Assembly: GCA_026770705.1 (NCBI GenBank) | Contig: JANJGN010000053.1 | Span: 3,410,001-3,474,000, forward strand | Length of the DNA stretch: 64,000 bases | Origin: Isurus oxyrinchus | Lineage: Eukaryota | Reading direction: 5' to 3' | Made by a program: the position numbers and the translations under genes | Shown here: positions 25,386-38,700 of the stretch, one piece after another | Layout of the letters: each line of letters starts with the position of its first letter | How positions within the stretch are numbered: position 1 is the first letter of the stretch | Notes under the pieces: generated by a model | Database searches by the model: none | What the model was told of the DNA's origin: nothing | The model's input: only the letters and a program-made list of their open reading frames with translations

Positions 25386-27420
25386 ATGGCGACAAAAGCA
25401 AAGCAGAGTGCAACTGTGGATTCAATGACGCATCCCTGAGACGCTTTTAGGACATCACCAGGCAAGCATGATGTCCTCTACGCTGTTCTGCCCATAGACT
25501 GCGCATCAGTTTCACCACCCCGGTTTGGGAGCACGTGGCAGCGGCAGTCGTCTCCAGCAGTGCACACAACAGGTCGGACATCCAGTGCAGAAAAATAATA
25601 AATTATCTCACCCCTGCCACAATGGTAATTCAACCATCTCATCATGATATCATGGTGATATTTTCACTGGACTGTTATTCTAAACACCCAGTGGATTACT
25701 CTGGGACTCTGGGTTGGAATCTCAAAAATGCAAATGCTGAAATTGGAATTCAATAAAAAATCTGGACCAAAACAGTTTGATGATGAGCATGAAAGCATTC
25801 TCGTTTGTCTTAAAAACTCATGTGATTCACTAATTGCCTTTCGGGAAGGATAATTGCTTTCCTTATCTGGTTTGGCGTGCATTTTACTTCAGAGCCACAG
25901 CAATATGATTCACTCTTAAAAGCTCCGTGATCAAGGGTTAGGTCTTGCGCATGATTCCCACTTCTCAAGAACGAATAATTTAAAAATGTCCTAAAAAAAT
26001 CCATCAGTCCTACTCTCAGCCAGCTCAAGGGACATCATCGCTCACCCACACACGCCCACAGATCACCATCTGTCTTCATCTCCTCCAGATATTTCCACAC
26101 CCAACCCCCCCACCCCCCAAACCCATGTCGCCCATGGCTTCACTTAGCACACACACATGCCTGGCATCATTCCCATTTGGCATTGGCAAGTGGCTTGCTT
26201 GCAATCTCCCCATCGTTGTTTATTCAGAGCAAGATCACGGATAATCTACGGGCGGAGTACTAGACTTCTGGTGGATTCCCAGTCATCGAGCTATTCACTC
26301 TGTTCGAGATTTGCATGGTGGAGGTAGCCAGAATGGAAGGGAAGTGTCCCTGCAGCGAAATTCACATCACAGGCAAGAATCCACAGAAGGATATCGCACC
26401 AGATCATCCGGCTGTCAACGGTACACTGAGTCCACTGTTTCTCACGTAATGCGAGTGCCGGAACTAATTATCTTCAGTTACTGTCCTAGACGCATGCTCT
26501 AACGTCGCTGTCAAGCAAACTTAACGCCGCCCCAAGCACAGAAAGTACCTATGATGAGGACTCTGAGGGCAGCACCTTTGAAGATTCGTCACAGCGCCCT
26601 ACCACTACTTCTAAAAGCGCAGTGACACACACCTCTCTGGGACCTAGATGTCGAGCTCTAAATCTGGTGAGCACAGAACACAATCTATTCCACTAAAGGC
26701 AGAGACAGGGACATCCGATATCGCTGGCACTCAATGATCTAGTGGAGGGAAGGACATTGTTGAATATAAATCAGTTGATGAGACTTTTGACTCAGTCATC
26801 AATGAGTTGTTGGAGCTTCAAAGTCAATCACAGGAACATCATGAAGTGATTCCTGATGCAAAATGTGATATAAGACATTGTCTGGCTTCAGCCTGAGGTG
26901 AAAGCACCGGCATGCAAACGCATCGGGGTAAACACTAGCAGAGTGACGGTCGCCTAAACATTGTTCCTACTTTGCTGACCGGGCTGAACTCCATCGCTGA
27001 TACACAGTTGGCTTTAACCTTTCTTAATGCAAGAGGGGTGGGGGGCAAATCAATTTCACTCCAGATTCTCCTTCTCCTCAATAGTCCGCCAGAGGCTGAT
27101 GGACACCCTTAAGGAAGATGACCAACAGCTGGATATCCTAGGCCACTCAACAGGTTTCTGGCAATGCCCATCCCATCGAAAGCCCCTCTTCTGGTGTCAC
27201 CAACATCTACAGCTCAAAAGACTGAAAAGGGTTAATTTTTTCACATCAGAGTGCACAAAGCAGCTCGTGAAATCCCTCCTGGTCTAGGTCCTCCAGAAGA
27301 TGCCTGCCAAAGGCATCACAGGCAATTTGATGTAACAGTCAGCAGACTGCCCACACCTCCAATGTGCACATCGGGGGAGCACCAAGACATAGCAACAGGG
27401 TTATGAATGTAAAGAATATG
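25386..27420 (+). pseudogene. Harbinger Myb/SANT-like accessory gene (multi-exon, decayed)
   Basis: MATKAK...FNDASL...DVLY...PVWEHVAAAV...RSDIQCRKIINYL, then a GT donor at about 25625; acceptor tttattcag at about 26228 followed by a K..N...TSGG-like exon. Confidence 0.65.
25645..25985 (+). mobile_element. HE1-type SINE in Harbinger intron
   Basis: tcactggactgttattc...gggttggaatc...gaattcaataaaaaatctgga...gggaagga...agagccacagcaat. Confidence 0.75.
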
Positions 27421-28249
27421 TTGTAGCACCATGTGGGCATCGGTGTACATAATGTTTGATATTGTAAATTAAGTCTCAAGAATGTCTAATTCTCTTGCTG
27501 CACGTTGGGATGAACAGTGTTTTGGCATTCAGATGTGCAAACCTGGTTCCTGAAGATGAAGGGAAGTGTCTTACTCCTCAGCCTCTTCCCTGCGCAGTCT
27601 CTTCAGATCAACTAATCATCCGGCTTCACACTCAATTGACACATTCGTGACAGCTGCACATCGATCATATATGTTATTGTAGTCAGAATGTCATCGGCAG
27701 GAATCACAGACTTTCATCATTATCCCTGTGTGCTGTCAGAGCCTTTGAGGTGGGTTTGGCCTCCAATCTCTTCAGCATCAGCGTCCGGTGACGGAGCAGT
27801 TCTGACAAAAAAGTGTGATATTGGCTGCCAAAGGATCAGGTGCTGTTAAAGTAGCACCGCTGAACACACATGATATGAGACTGATCACAGAATGTAAGCA
27901 ATCTGCCTTCGGCCAGACAGGAGTCAGACGTCTACTGAAGAAATGTGAAAAGAAGTGGAGTCTCCTCATGGCATGTTTTCATGATCCTCCTGAAACCTAT
28001 CTAATAATTGTGGCCTCCACTGGCACTCCAAGGCAAGTCCCTGAACACTGATTGAATGTGCGTTGCCATCAGCCTGGTGCCAAACTTGCACCGATGCAAG
28101 GATTTGTTTTTCCATCGCCTATCAGAAATTGCCATTGCCGGCTATGTTTCAAGCCAGATACCAGCACTGACCTCCCTGCATCTCGTCATCATTCTTCACG
28201 AAACAGGTGGCCATTGAAGCCTCATCAAATTGTCTGCCTTGCCTGGCCA

Positions 28250-29350
28250 GTGCTATAGCCTCAGTGCTGCCAACCTCGGCTTCGGGAACTCATCACTCTC
28301 ATCCTTTTCGACGCCCTCCTCGTGAAGGAGACGTGCAGCTCGTTCATCTCCTCCACATGCAGGTCTTCTGCCCAGTGCAGCACCAGGTTGTGCAGCGCCA
28401 ATCAGCTGTGATGATGCGACACCCTCTGGGAGCTGTATTACATGCCACACGGCTTGCAGAGATACCAGACCCTCAATGTCCTTATGTCTATTGTTTGTTC
28501 CACCAACGTCTGATTTATGGCAAAACCTCATTATACTATGTCGCTGTTGCAGCTTGAGGCTGGCACACGAGCTTGGTCAGCCACGTGAGTCGCCCTTGTC
28601 CCCGAGGAGCCAGCACTGCAGCTTCTCTAGACACTTGAGGATGTTGGGATCTGCGGCCGGCAAATTATTTTTTGTTTATGAACATGCTGTGGGAATCATT
28701 TGGGGAGCTGGAGGATACACTTGTTGAGGTTGCAAAGCAGCTGTGTGTACACTAACTGGGGGCCCTTGTGGTTGATGTCGTTGGATGTTTGTTGCCACAG
28801 AGAGCTAGGCACCGCATGAGTGCGTGCGATGGCACCATGCAACTGTAGAAAATCAGAGGTTGCCAGAAGACCTAGCGCTCTAAATGAAAACTTCCTGCCT
28901 TGCCTGACCCCGGTCAAAATGTAATAAGTTCTGGGCCTTCAGAAGAAGAGGTCCACGATCGCATGAAAGGCCCTGTGAGAGAAGGCTTGTGAGATCTCGC
29001 ACAGGTCACCTGGGGAACTAATTTTGTGTTACATCACGTTCCTGGTCACTGACAGTACATGTCCTCCATGTCCCCATGGCTCTATATCGTGCAGTAGATG
29101 AGTTATGTGACCGACAATTCCCTAGAAATCTGCACTCTCTGGCGACACTGGTTCTTAGCCATATGCAGAAATGGCAGGAGCCATCTATGGGCCTTGGGTC
29201 TAGTGAGGCACCTAAGAGCGACGGCCCACTGTGGATCTTTAGCTGCATGTGCAGGATGCCCTGCCACACTTTCATTGTGAGGTTAGTTTTCAACTCATTT
29301 GCGAGCCAGGCACTCTTTCCTTTGTTCTCTGCTCCCTGTAAGCAATGAAA
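28250..29350 (-). pseudogene. Harbinger (HARBI1-like) DDE transposase remnant
   Basis: FLHM...QCRQR...; GDLCEISQ; FLQLHGAIARTHA...INHKG...QLLCN (from GAIDCTH/NRKG); ALHNL. Confidence 0.8.
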
Positions 29351-30799
29351 CACAGTAGTAGCTCAACCGGCTGCACGATCCTGATGTCTGCTCCTGCAGG
29401 ATCAGAAAGAGAGACGCTTGGGTTAGCATATTTGTCCAAAGTACATCTCTTGGTGAAGACAAAAGGCCACTTGGCGCTTGCCAGGAAGTGCCAGGCACCA
29501 CCTCAAAAGCCAGTGCACTTCATGATTGTTCAAAACAACACCTATTTCATTCCCAACTCTCTTGACCTATTGTCAGCAGTTTGTCTTCTGGAATTCATGC
29601 TGCACTCTCAGCCCAAGGCGGGCATCCACCTAACACACACAGCAAGGCTATTTTGCTCAATTAAACCATGAAGGGAACTGCTCCAAATCTGAATAACCAC
29701 ATATCAAGGACTGTAAGTGAGGTGGCCGCATTTCACAAGGGGCGTGAACAATTTGCCCAGTCGTCCAATTGCAGCATCCTAAAACGCTGATTAATTGGCA
29801 ATGCGTGCTCGACAGATGAGAGGCTCTAGACAATTTGGTGGCACATTCATGCTTTTCCGTTGTTTGAGTGAGCAGACATGTTTCAGAACCTTACTCCAAA
29901 CATATCAATGACGTTGCAGCTGAACCATCCCACCTTTGCAGCAAAGCTCAATTTTGACAAGATTTTTGACACCTGGCCTGTGGCTGCGAGCATCCATCCG
30001 TCTTTGCTATTTTGCTCCCCACCTATCAGCCCACCTACACCGGATCCCGTGCCCCAGCACTGCACTAAAAGCCAGCTGGGTATCAGTGACTTGCAGGTTC
30101 CCTCCCCACCACCCATGCCCTCCCCGGGACTCCAACAGAGTGTGCATTGCCTCTTCCTAAATGCCCTACGGGCGAGGCTTCTGAGAACTGCACAAGGTTG
30201 TTGCACTTACCTTCGAGGACTCTAAAACTTCAAGTCGCCAGATGCACGCCTGTAAAGATAATCGCATATCATGACATTCTGAAGTCACATTGATGTGGGA
30301 GGTAGAATTAACGTGGACAGATGATTCCAGCCCCCGGCACAGTATTAAAATACCAAAATTTATGGCCCCTTCATGGCTGGGAAGGTGGTGCAAATGCGGG
30401 GAGCCATTCCAGACTTCAGTGGCTACGGCTGACCGTAGCATCCTGCTGGAATCAAATTCCACATTTTGTTTCTTACATTCGATTGCGGGAAGTGAAGCCC
30501 GTCATTACCTGTTGCAGAGGCTATTCAAAAACTGTTTTTTCACGAAAGTGCAACTCCTACGTTTGGCCTTGCCACTATATTGCCCATTCACGCCTGCCAT
30601 GACGCCCGCCAAACAAAGAGACAAGGAAATTCCGCCCATTGACACTTAGAATATTCCTACATGAAAGACAAGAAAAATAAAATTTAAAAAAAATAGGAAA
30701 TCAAGGGGAAGAAGGAAGGGTGTGACTTGTAGAAATATTTAAAACTAGAAGACAAAATACGTAGAAACATAACAGTAAAACTGGCAACCAATGTTTTTA

Positions 30800-31650
30800 A
30801 TCTGATGCTTTGCAACCCAGTGCTTTCAGAATAGTGGCTACAGAAATAAATGGTTGGTTGCTGCAAATATTCTGTAATTCCAAAATCTGGAAATGTCACA
30901 CTGGGTTGTAACATGCTGAATGTAACACTTCTCTTGCATAGGGTAGTGGACGAAAGCAACAAATTCTAGAGCAGTGAGCCAAACCTCTCTCACTGGGAAA
31001 ACACTGGAATCCATGATTAATGATGGAGCAGCAGTTAATTTCGGAAATTATAGTACGAAAAGAGTGAACATGATTTTTTGAAGGAAAAATAGTCTTAGAC
31101 AAATTTATTCTTATATTCTCAGTTGTATGCAGCAGGGTGGATACACGGGGCAGCAGTAGATCTACTTTATTTGGTTTACAGAAAGGAAACGATCTGATGC
31201 TGTGTAATACACAATCTTACCGCAAATCATTCATGGAGTCGGGGAGAACGCATTATTATATATGGGGGAGTGGTAAACAAAACTAAAGTGAGTCAGGATA
31301 AATGCTTCATTTTCAGCTTGACACTCGGTAACTAGTGGAGTGGCATAGGGCTCAATTGTGCAGCCTGACCTATTTCCAAACTCTCCAAATTTGTTCTATG
31401 AAACGGCGAGTAAGCTGTACACAAAATTTCTAACCATGCCAAGAGAGCTGGGAAATAAATTTGCTAGGAATATACAAACAAGCCTGGAAAGTAGTTTAGA
31501 GATGTTAGCTGAAGACTTTTGACACGCACTGTACAATTTTGGCATGTACTGTACAAAGTGGGAAAATGTCTGGATTTCCATTTTGTTCACAAGGATATCA
31601 AAGCAGGGTATTACTTAAATAAAAAGAGATTTTGGAAAGCTGTTATGTAG
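30800..31650 (+). mobile_element. CR1 LINE RT fragment
   Basis: NVT.L, HDFLKGK.., D..YL...K, VTSGV..GS motifs, heavily decayed. Confidence 0.6.
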
Positions 31651-32789
31651 GAGGACCTCTTTGCCAAAAAGGGTCAGGAGCACGTTATAAGGCGTTAGGT
31701 ATATGGGGCAGCTATTGCATCCCCTACTCTTGCATATGGAGAGGCTTGGGAGAAAGCAAATGAGATGTTTTATGTGGAAGAAATAACGAACAAACACGGA
31801 ACATGTGGCAGGGGTGGGGGAAGATCTTATTAGTGATCTAAGTGGACATGGTGGAAATTGTGGACGATAAAGTGCAGAAAGTGGAGATGATTGGGATAGA
31901 AGATGAGAATAAGGGGAAACGTATCTTTCTGTTGGAAAGGAGGGGAAGACAGTCAGGGGAGAAATTTGGGAAAAGGAGCAGCCTTTACCGAGGCATCAGA
32001 CAATTAAAATATGGGTTAAGTAATGCTGATTTTAAAGGAAGGCACAACTGAAGATTTGTTATGGGCAGTGACATCTGAACATTTGCAAAGGTGAAGGGAG
32101 AATTGTGCCTTGTTTACTGGAAATGGGGTCAAACGAACAGTTCTCAATTTAACATTCTGATTTCGTAGTTCATAGAAAATATTAACGCTGAGAATAATCC
32201 CTGAAATTCAGATGGAAAGGTAATCAAAATAAAGGTAGGTTCACAGGTGGCCCGTTTGCAGGCGTGGGGTGGTCAGAAAATAGATGCAAAATTGTTTACT
32301 CTGTCAAGATCATCCTTAAAGAAGGAACTGTTACAAAAAGAATCATCAACAACCTATCGAATGAAGTGTTGAACTAGGAAAGCTATACAACTCACATTCC
32401 GTGAGAGATGGACAAATATTTCAAATCCTGTCCTTTGCCTGCAGTTCTAGGTCCCACAATTTAATTTTGAGAAACTTGAAGAGAGTGCAGTCGAGGTTAA
32501 AGGGGATTATTTTCCCCCATTAGCTGTCCGACTTTGGTAGCGATTCAAGCGGAAGCAAACAGAATAACTGACGGAAGATACATTACGCCAAATAAAGATG
32601 AGGAAACAAGGGAGTGAGTTTTGCTGAACTGCTCTTGCTGGCAACTGGCATTGGCAAGACAGGTGAAATGGCCGACTGCCTTTTTAAAAACATTTCACCT
32701 ATCTATTTATTAATTTATTTTTTGCATCTATGAATTGTTCTACTGAATTCCCACAGGTAGGTAGAGCGGCCAATTACACGTGTACAGGG

Positions 32790-32960
32790 GAAAAGCATTG
32801 GGTGTGGGCGTCGCTGGCTAGGCCAGCATTTATTGTGCACCCCTACTTAAAGGGTCAACACATTTCTGGAGGTCTGGGTTCACATGCAGCCAGATTTCCC
32901 TCCCTAAAGGACATTCGTGAAACAGATGAAAATAAAAATCCACAATGCTTTTGTGGACAT
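32790..32960 (-). mobile_element. HE1-type SINE fragment
   Basis: gtgggcgtcgctggctaggccagcatttattg...cagatttccctccctaaaggacattcgtgaa. Confidence 0.7.
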
Positions 32961-34043
32961 TTAATGCAGTGCTGCACCTGTCAAATACGACCATGTTTTT
33001 CCTGTGGGACCTGTCATTGTATGAACGTATTCAATGCGGGGCATCATATTACACTTGCTGTAAGTAGAGCTGATGACGATGATTCTGGGTGCTGAATAAT
33101 CTCCATCGCTGTACACAGTCCCAAGAGCCACTGGGAAATTAGAATAATGTTTTAATGAATAATATTTCCATTATGATTATAATTAGCTAATACCCAATTG
33201 CAGGTTTTACAGCACAGTAACGAGGCTCTCAGCCAATCTTCCTGCTGGAGACAAACCCTACCCTTCTGCAGGTCATCGGAGACTATCAGTATAATCTTCG
33301 ATTCCTGTTTCCCTCATACTCAATTAACTTCATCGTAAATATCATCTCATCCACTCCACGTGGTCGCAATTCCATATTCTCAACGACATTAAAGTATATC
33401 ATTCTCTTTTCAGTATTTTCATGGATTTATTGCCGACTGCCCTGCATTGAGGTGAATGAGAATTGGACACACACACATGTGTCACAACTATCCTATCCTC
33501 ATTAGCCTCTGTTAATTTAATGGCCTCCATTCAATAGCCCATAAGCATTCTCTTATCCACAGGATTAAGGCATAACAATTTCCACAATGCTAATCTGTTT
33601 GTTTCCGTATTACCTTTGGACAGAATGTCGGCAGCTGATACATGGAGTTGTGATTCTGTTATGATCGGCCAGAACCTAACATATGTGTGAAATTCGCTAT
33701 TACCTCCATTCTATAAACAAACATATGTTTTAGTTCTTTTAGTGATCTTCCAGTTGAATTGAATGCCTGCTTTCTGATCGCATGTGCACCAACTCCATAA
33801 ATACCCTTCTATACATAATAATGTGATACATCTTTAGCTCCGGTACCCAAATTACGTGGAGTGGTCTGAGACAAATGTGAGTCTCCTGTATGAGGGCATT
33901 GCTCACACCTGAATGATGAGTTTCCTGCAGAAGGCTGTGATCCCAAACTGGGATGACTCTTTACACTGAGAGTTGTCGGAGATCACATAACGATGTCCAG
34001 TATACCCATTTTGGTTACTCGTGAACAACATTTAAGATGTCAA

Positions 34044-34300
34044 AACAAAACTGCGGATGCTGGAAATCCAAAACAAAAACAGAATTACTTGAAAAACTCA
34101 GCAGGTCTGGCAGCATCGGCGGAGAAGAAAAGAGTTGACGTTTCGAGTCTTCATGACCCTTCGACAGAACTTGATTAATGACTATCCTTTCAATTTGGCT
34201 CCTTTGCAATGCTTATTATTTCTGTAGGCTTACAGGCTTTCATCTTACATGTCTCAAATCAAGTTCTGTCGAAGGGTCATGAAGACTCGAAACGTCAACT
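34044..34300. mobile_element. Fold-back PLE-terminus insertion with 79-bp captured filler
   Basis: 15-bp TSD catttaagatgtcaa (34029-34043, 34301-34315); inverted arms 34132-34176 / 34257-34301; filler 34177-34255 identical to 35333-35411. Confidence 0.92.
34262..34300 (+). ncRNA. Minimal type I hammerhead-ribozyme-like motif of the PLE terminus (non-canonical core)
   Basis: AGTT-CTGTCGA-A-GGGTC(atgaa)GACTC-GAAAC-GTC-AACT: stem I, stem II, GAAA box and GUC site. Also at 34133-34171 (-), 21098-21137 (-), and 49655-49694 (+, GUC mutated). Confidence 0.6.
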
Positions 34301-34502
34301 CATTTAAGATGTCAACCTGGCTCCTGGAAGTAATCTGCTGCTTGGCTCAGAAACATATTTGTTACACCTGGTTTGGATGCTGGCTGAAGTCACGGTCGAG
34401 TTAAGCCTAACCACTGCCTTGCTACCAAATTCGTGCTGCTAAAATCCAATCTACCTGGACTCGGAAACGGAAAGAGTTCATCAGTAACCGCCCATCTCCG
34501 TC

Positions 34503-35006
34503 AATTGTGATCTTGTCCTATGGAAAGTGCCGGCTCTCCACCAGCGATACTTGCTACGCTGTGGTAATGGCACAAACAGAAGCCCTCATCATTATTTCAG
34601 TGGTTATGCTAAACCGAATCAATGATTATAGTGTCCCGCTCAATTTCCTGAAAATTACGCGTGTGCAGTGTTCGCTACACCTTGTTTCTTGCAACCACAG
34701 ACTGTACTGCTTGGTTAACTGTCACTTTCAATTTTGATCGATTCGATGTCATATGTTGCCAGAAGTTGAAATCTCAATATTGGACCAGATAAACTGCGGC
34801 TGTCGGTCTAGAAGCAGATAGCATTCCGTCCTGCTTAAAATAACCTTTCCAACCTAGGTTAGGTTTAACTATTATTGTTATCGGCAGCTCAGTTTGCCGT
34901 TGTTCTAAAAATCCAAGCTACTTTAATGATGCATGATCAGTTGCTTTTATGATCTTCGAAAAAAAAAACCGTATTGCTTCCAATCGGGTTAATTCCATTG
35001 TTCAAC
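34503..35006 (+). pseudogene. GPR139-like pseudogene 2, 5' part
   Basis: IVILSYGKCRLST...LNFLKIT...ATTDCTAWLTVTFNFDRFDVICCQKLKSQYW...LPIGLIPLFN with stops and frameshifts; cut by the LTR at 35007. Confidence 0.85.
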
Positions 35007-35759
35007 TGTTATAACACAGCATTTGGTTAATACCTTTATTTGAAACCCCAGAGGTAAAATGTATACAACTACCATAGCCTATACATTCAATTGGTATGTT
35101 GAATATGCATCTTTGATTTTGGAAATGAACCCACGAAGCCCCAAGAGGTGTGGATATCAAACTAAATTATATATTTATTTATTTACAACAGGTTATGAAA
35201 TACATACATATGTCTACAAATTACAACTATCACAATTTCTAAACAAATTCCCAAATTAATCTCCACTAAGGCACCTGTAATCAATAGACTTAACCAGACA
35301 CCAGGTAAAGCATTTTCACCTTATTGTATCAAAATGACTATCCTTTCAATTTGGCTCCTTTGCAATGCTTATTATTTCTGTAGGCTTACAGGCTTTCATC
35401 TTACATGTCTCTGCAAAGCACACAGATACCGTTCTCTAATAACGATCCTTTCCTTTTGAATGTAAATTTCCATTGATTCACCAGGTCCTTTGATCCCCTA
35501 TCATTGTATTAGCTTTATTAATAACATAAGCATTGCTTGGCATCTCCTAGCTGCGTGCAAGAATACACACCCATTCCTGAATGCTCCATTCAACAAAATC
35601 TAAATGAACACTCTACCTCTACTTACGGCTCAAAAATTACTATACATATAAGTACCTAGACGAGTTGTCTTTAATCCAGTTAAAATTCGCATTGGCCAAA
35701 CATCTACTAACAAAGAAAATTTCCAATATTATTATCTGCATGAATATCACTTCCTGACA
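35007..35759 (-). repeat. 3' LTR of element 3
   Basis: Homologous to 45164-45890, 56577-57396 and (reverse) 8798-9528 / 14502-15190; adjacent PPT. Confidence 0.85.
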
Positions 35760-38700
35760 TCCCCATTCCTATCGAAAAATGAACAGTCAGCATCCTAAAG
35801 GAAGTTTCCATTTTTTTAATAAACCATCTCACACTATGTCCCATACTTATTAGCCTATAATATTACCAGACGCATGCATTAAAATAAGGCACCGTTCCAT
35901 TGCAATGACCATGTTTTTGAAAATCCACAATTTTCCTTTAAGATTAAAACGCAGGTCCTCCACATGTATAATCCGTAGAATAAATGGTTGTAATAATAAT
36001 CTCTTCGTACAAGGTCTTGCACTTTTATCACAAAATTTCTCCAAATCTTCATGGGATTGTGGTCTAGATAAATAATTGTTTCCAATGAATTGCTTGCAAC
36101 ATAAATTTCAAAATGCTGCGTTGCCAGCATTATTGAACTCTATTTCTATCGTTGACTATCGGCTATGTTGCACGTCCAGCTCCTGTGAAAAAAATATCCT
36201 ACCGATTTTACAATTCCAATGTTATAAAGTTGTAAACGTACAGCCATAGTGCCTATATCGCTTGCATCAATGGCGAACATAAAGTGGCATAATTGGGTAC
36301 TTCCAAACTTGATGTCATAGTTAACACGTAGCTTTCGAACTACTCAATGACTTCTGACACACCAATGTCCATTGAAATTTCCTGTTCATTTATGATAATG
36401 CAGCCAGTGGAGCAACCACTCGGCTAAAATTTGACATAAATTTACCGTAAAACCCACTCATGCCCAGAAATATCATAAATTCTTGTTTTGTCGGAGGTAC
36501 TGGGAAATCCACGATATCCTTGACGTTCACATTACCTGAGAGCAACCTTACGATTTCCAATGATATGTCCTGGATGCTTAACCTGCACTTTTGCAAAATC
36601 ACTTTTAGCCGAGTTCAACGCCAAGTGAGCTTCTTATATTCGAGTAAATATGTTTTCCAGAGGGGGTGAATGTTCTAAATACAAACGTTTAGATCATCAA
36701 TAAAAACAACACAATTGCTTAGACCCGCAATTAATTTGTTTGTCATTCTTTAAAATGTCACGTGTGTATACTTCATAACAAATGGCATGACCTTAAACTG
36801 GTGTAGTTCACTTGATGTTACAAAGGCTCATATCCCTATTGCTCTCTCTGACAAAGGTTGCTGCCACTTTCCTTTAGCAAGCCAAGCTGTGTGATAAATT
36901 TCGATTGCCCTACTTTCTTAATACAATCTTCCAACCGTCGTGTAGGATATGAATCCGTTTTTGTCACCACATTCATCTCTCCATAGTCCAGAGAGAGTCA
37001 TAGTTCTCCAACTGGGTTCTGTACTAATGGATTAGGTGCACTCCATTTAGTGCAACTAGACTCACATATATAGCTTTGAAGCACAAAAGTAAGATATTTT
37101 TTGTATTTGAGATAACTTTGCCGGATTTAATCTATAAGGATGTTGCCTGATTGAAGAAAGAACTTGCACTGAGGCATTAAATATAGCAAAATGCATGTTT
37201 CCCAAATTCTTTCCACAAATACACATCTGTTACTGCAAAATAATTTCCAAACCACTTTGACACTTGTTTGGAACGTAACTAAATAGTTCATTAAAACTTT
37301 CAAGCACCCCCTCATTTTCTAATTCGATTAGAGGAAATTTAATTGCAGAGACCTGCAGTTCTAATTGTTCTTCTTCAGTCACCATCAAAAATAGCTCTTT
37401 TTGTTCCTCTTCCCTGTGAAAGCACGTTTGAAGCATATTTTCGTGTCCGACCCTCTGCTTTTTGGTTATATCTGGAGTATGTATTAAATAATTTCCTTCA
37501 ATCAATTTCTTTCCGATCCTGTAAGGCCCAGTAAATCGTCCATTTAATGAATCAGTTCGCAATTGTAACTGAACTAGCACTTTCTCTCCAGAAGAAAAAC
37601 TGTGTGGTTTAGCCTGCTTATTGGCCTTCACTTTCGTCAATTGCTGTGATATGTTCAAATGTTTCCTCGCCAACTCACATGCTCTGTTCAATCTTTCCCT
37701 GAAATCTTATGTAATCCAGAAAAATATCTTTTGTATTTGACCCATCAATTTTTCATGAATCAGCTTCAGTTGCCCCTTACCTTAGAGGCATACATTAGTT
37801 AAAAAGGGCTGAAACCAGTCGATGCATTTGGAGCGTCTCTAATAGCAAGTAAAAGGAATGGAATTCCTGCATTCCAATCCTGTGGATAATTCTCACAATA
37901 TGCCGTTCTCATTGTCTTTAGAGTTTGAAGCCATCTCTCAAAAGTTCCCCGTGATCCCGGAACTAAACTGTTGACTTAAACTGTTGAATCCCCAAATTGT
38001 TCATTTTTTTTTCACGAAAGAGCTGCGAAATTAAATTTGAAGACTTATCTGATCGCTTTTTTTACCTACACCCTACACCATAACATGCAAAAATAAAAAG
38101 TCCTCCACAATCCTCTGAGTTGAAATATTTCACAATCGTTTCAGGAAATCTCGTAGATACATTGATTATTGTCAGAAAATACTGATTTCCACTTTTGAAC
38201 TTAGAAAAGGGTCCTACAAAATCAATTGTAGCCCATGTAAAAGGTTATTCAAACGGTGGTATAGGGATTAAACGCACGGCTTTAATCACTGCTTGACATT
38301 TATAACAGGTTCTACAGAATTTTAATACATCCCTATGCAAACTGGGCAAAAATGTAAAGGCAATGGTTCGTTCCCTGTGTTTTCCTAGTTCCTAAATTTC
38401 CACACATTGGAATTTGGTGACATTCCTCAGAATCTCGTTTTCTTTTACCCAACTGGGATGATAACCTGATGAACTTCAACGCAGTCTTCATTTGCTAAGA
38501 AATAATCCGACTTCTGCTTTTACATTTAGATATCTCCCTAAAGATAATAACATATTGGAGTACAGTTTGCGTCTCTTTCTGCATAGACTTTCTGATATAA
38601 CTCCTTTATTTGTAAATCCTTTATTCTGTAACTTCACTAACTTCGTTGAGTTAAACACTTCTGTTTAACGGTCCTGCCTTCTTTCCTCCAGAAAAATGAT

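Larger units (their letters stand above)
25195..30637. mobile_element. PIF/Harbinger DNA transposon (decayed) with convergent Myb/SANT and DDE genes
   Basis: Right terminus aaggaaattccgccc (30637), left terminus degenerate; Myb-like gene on + and Harbinger transposase on -. Confidence 0.75.

Noticed and set aside
34044-34300. Interpreting the inverted arms as TIRs of a MITE
   Set aside because: The arms are unequal, match the GIY-YIG PLE 3' terminus, and TSD length varies (13-15 bp) among copies.
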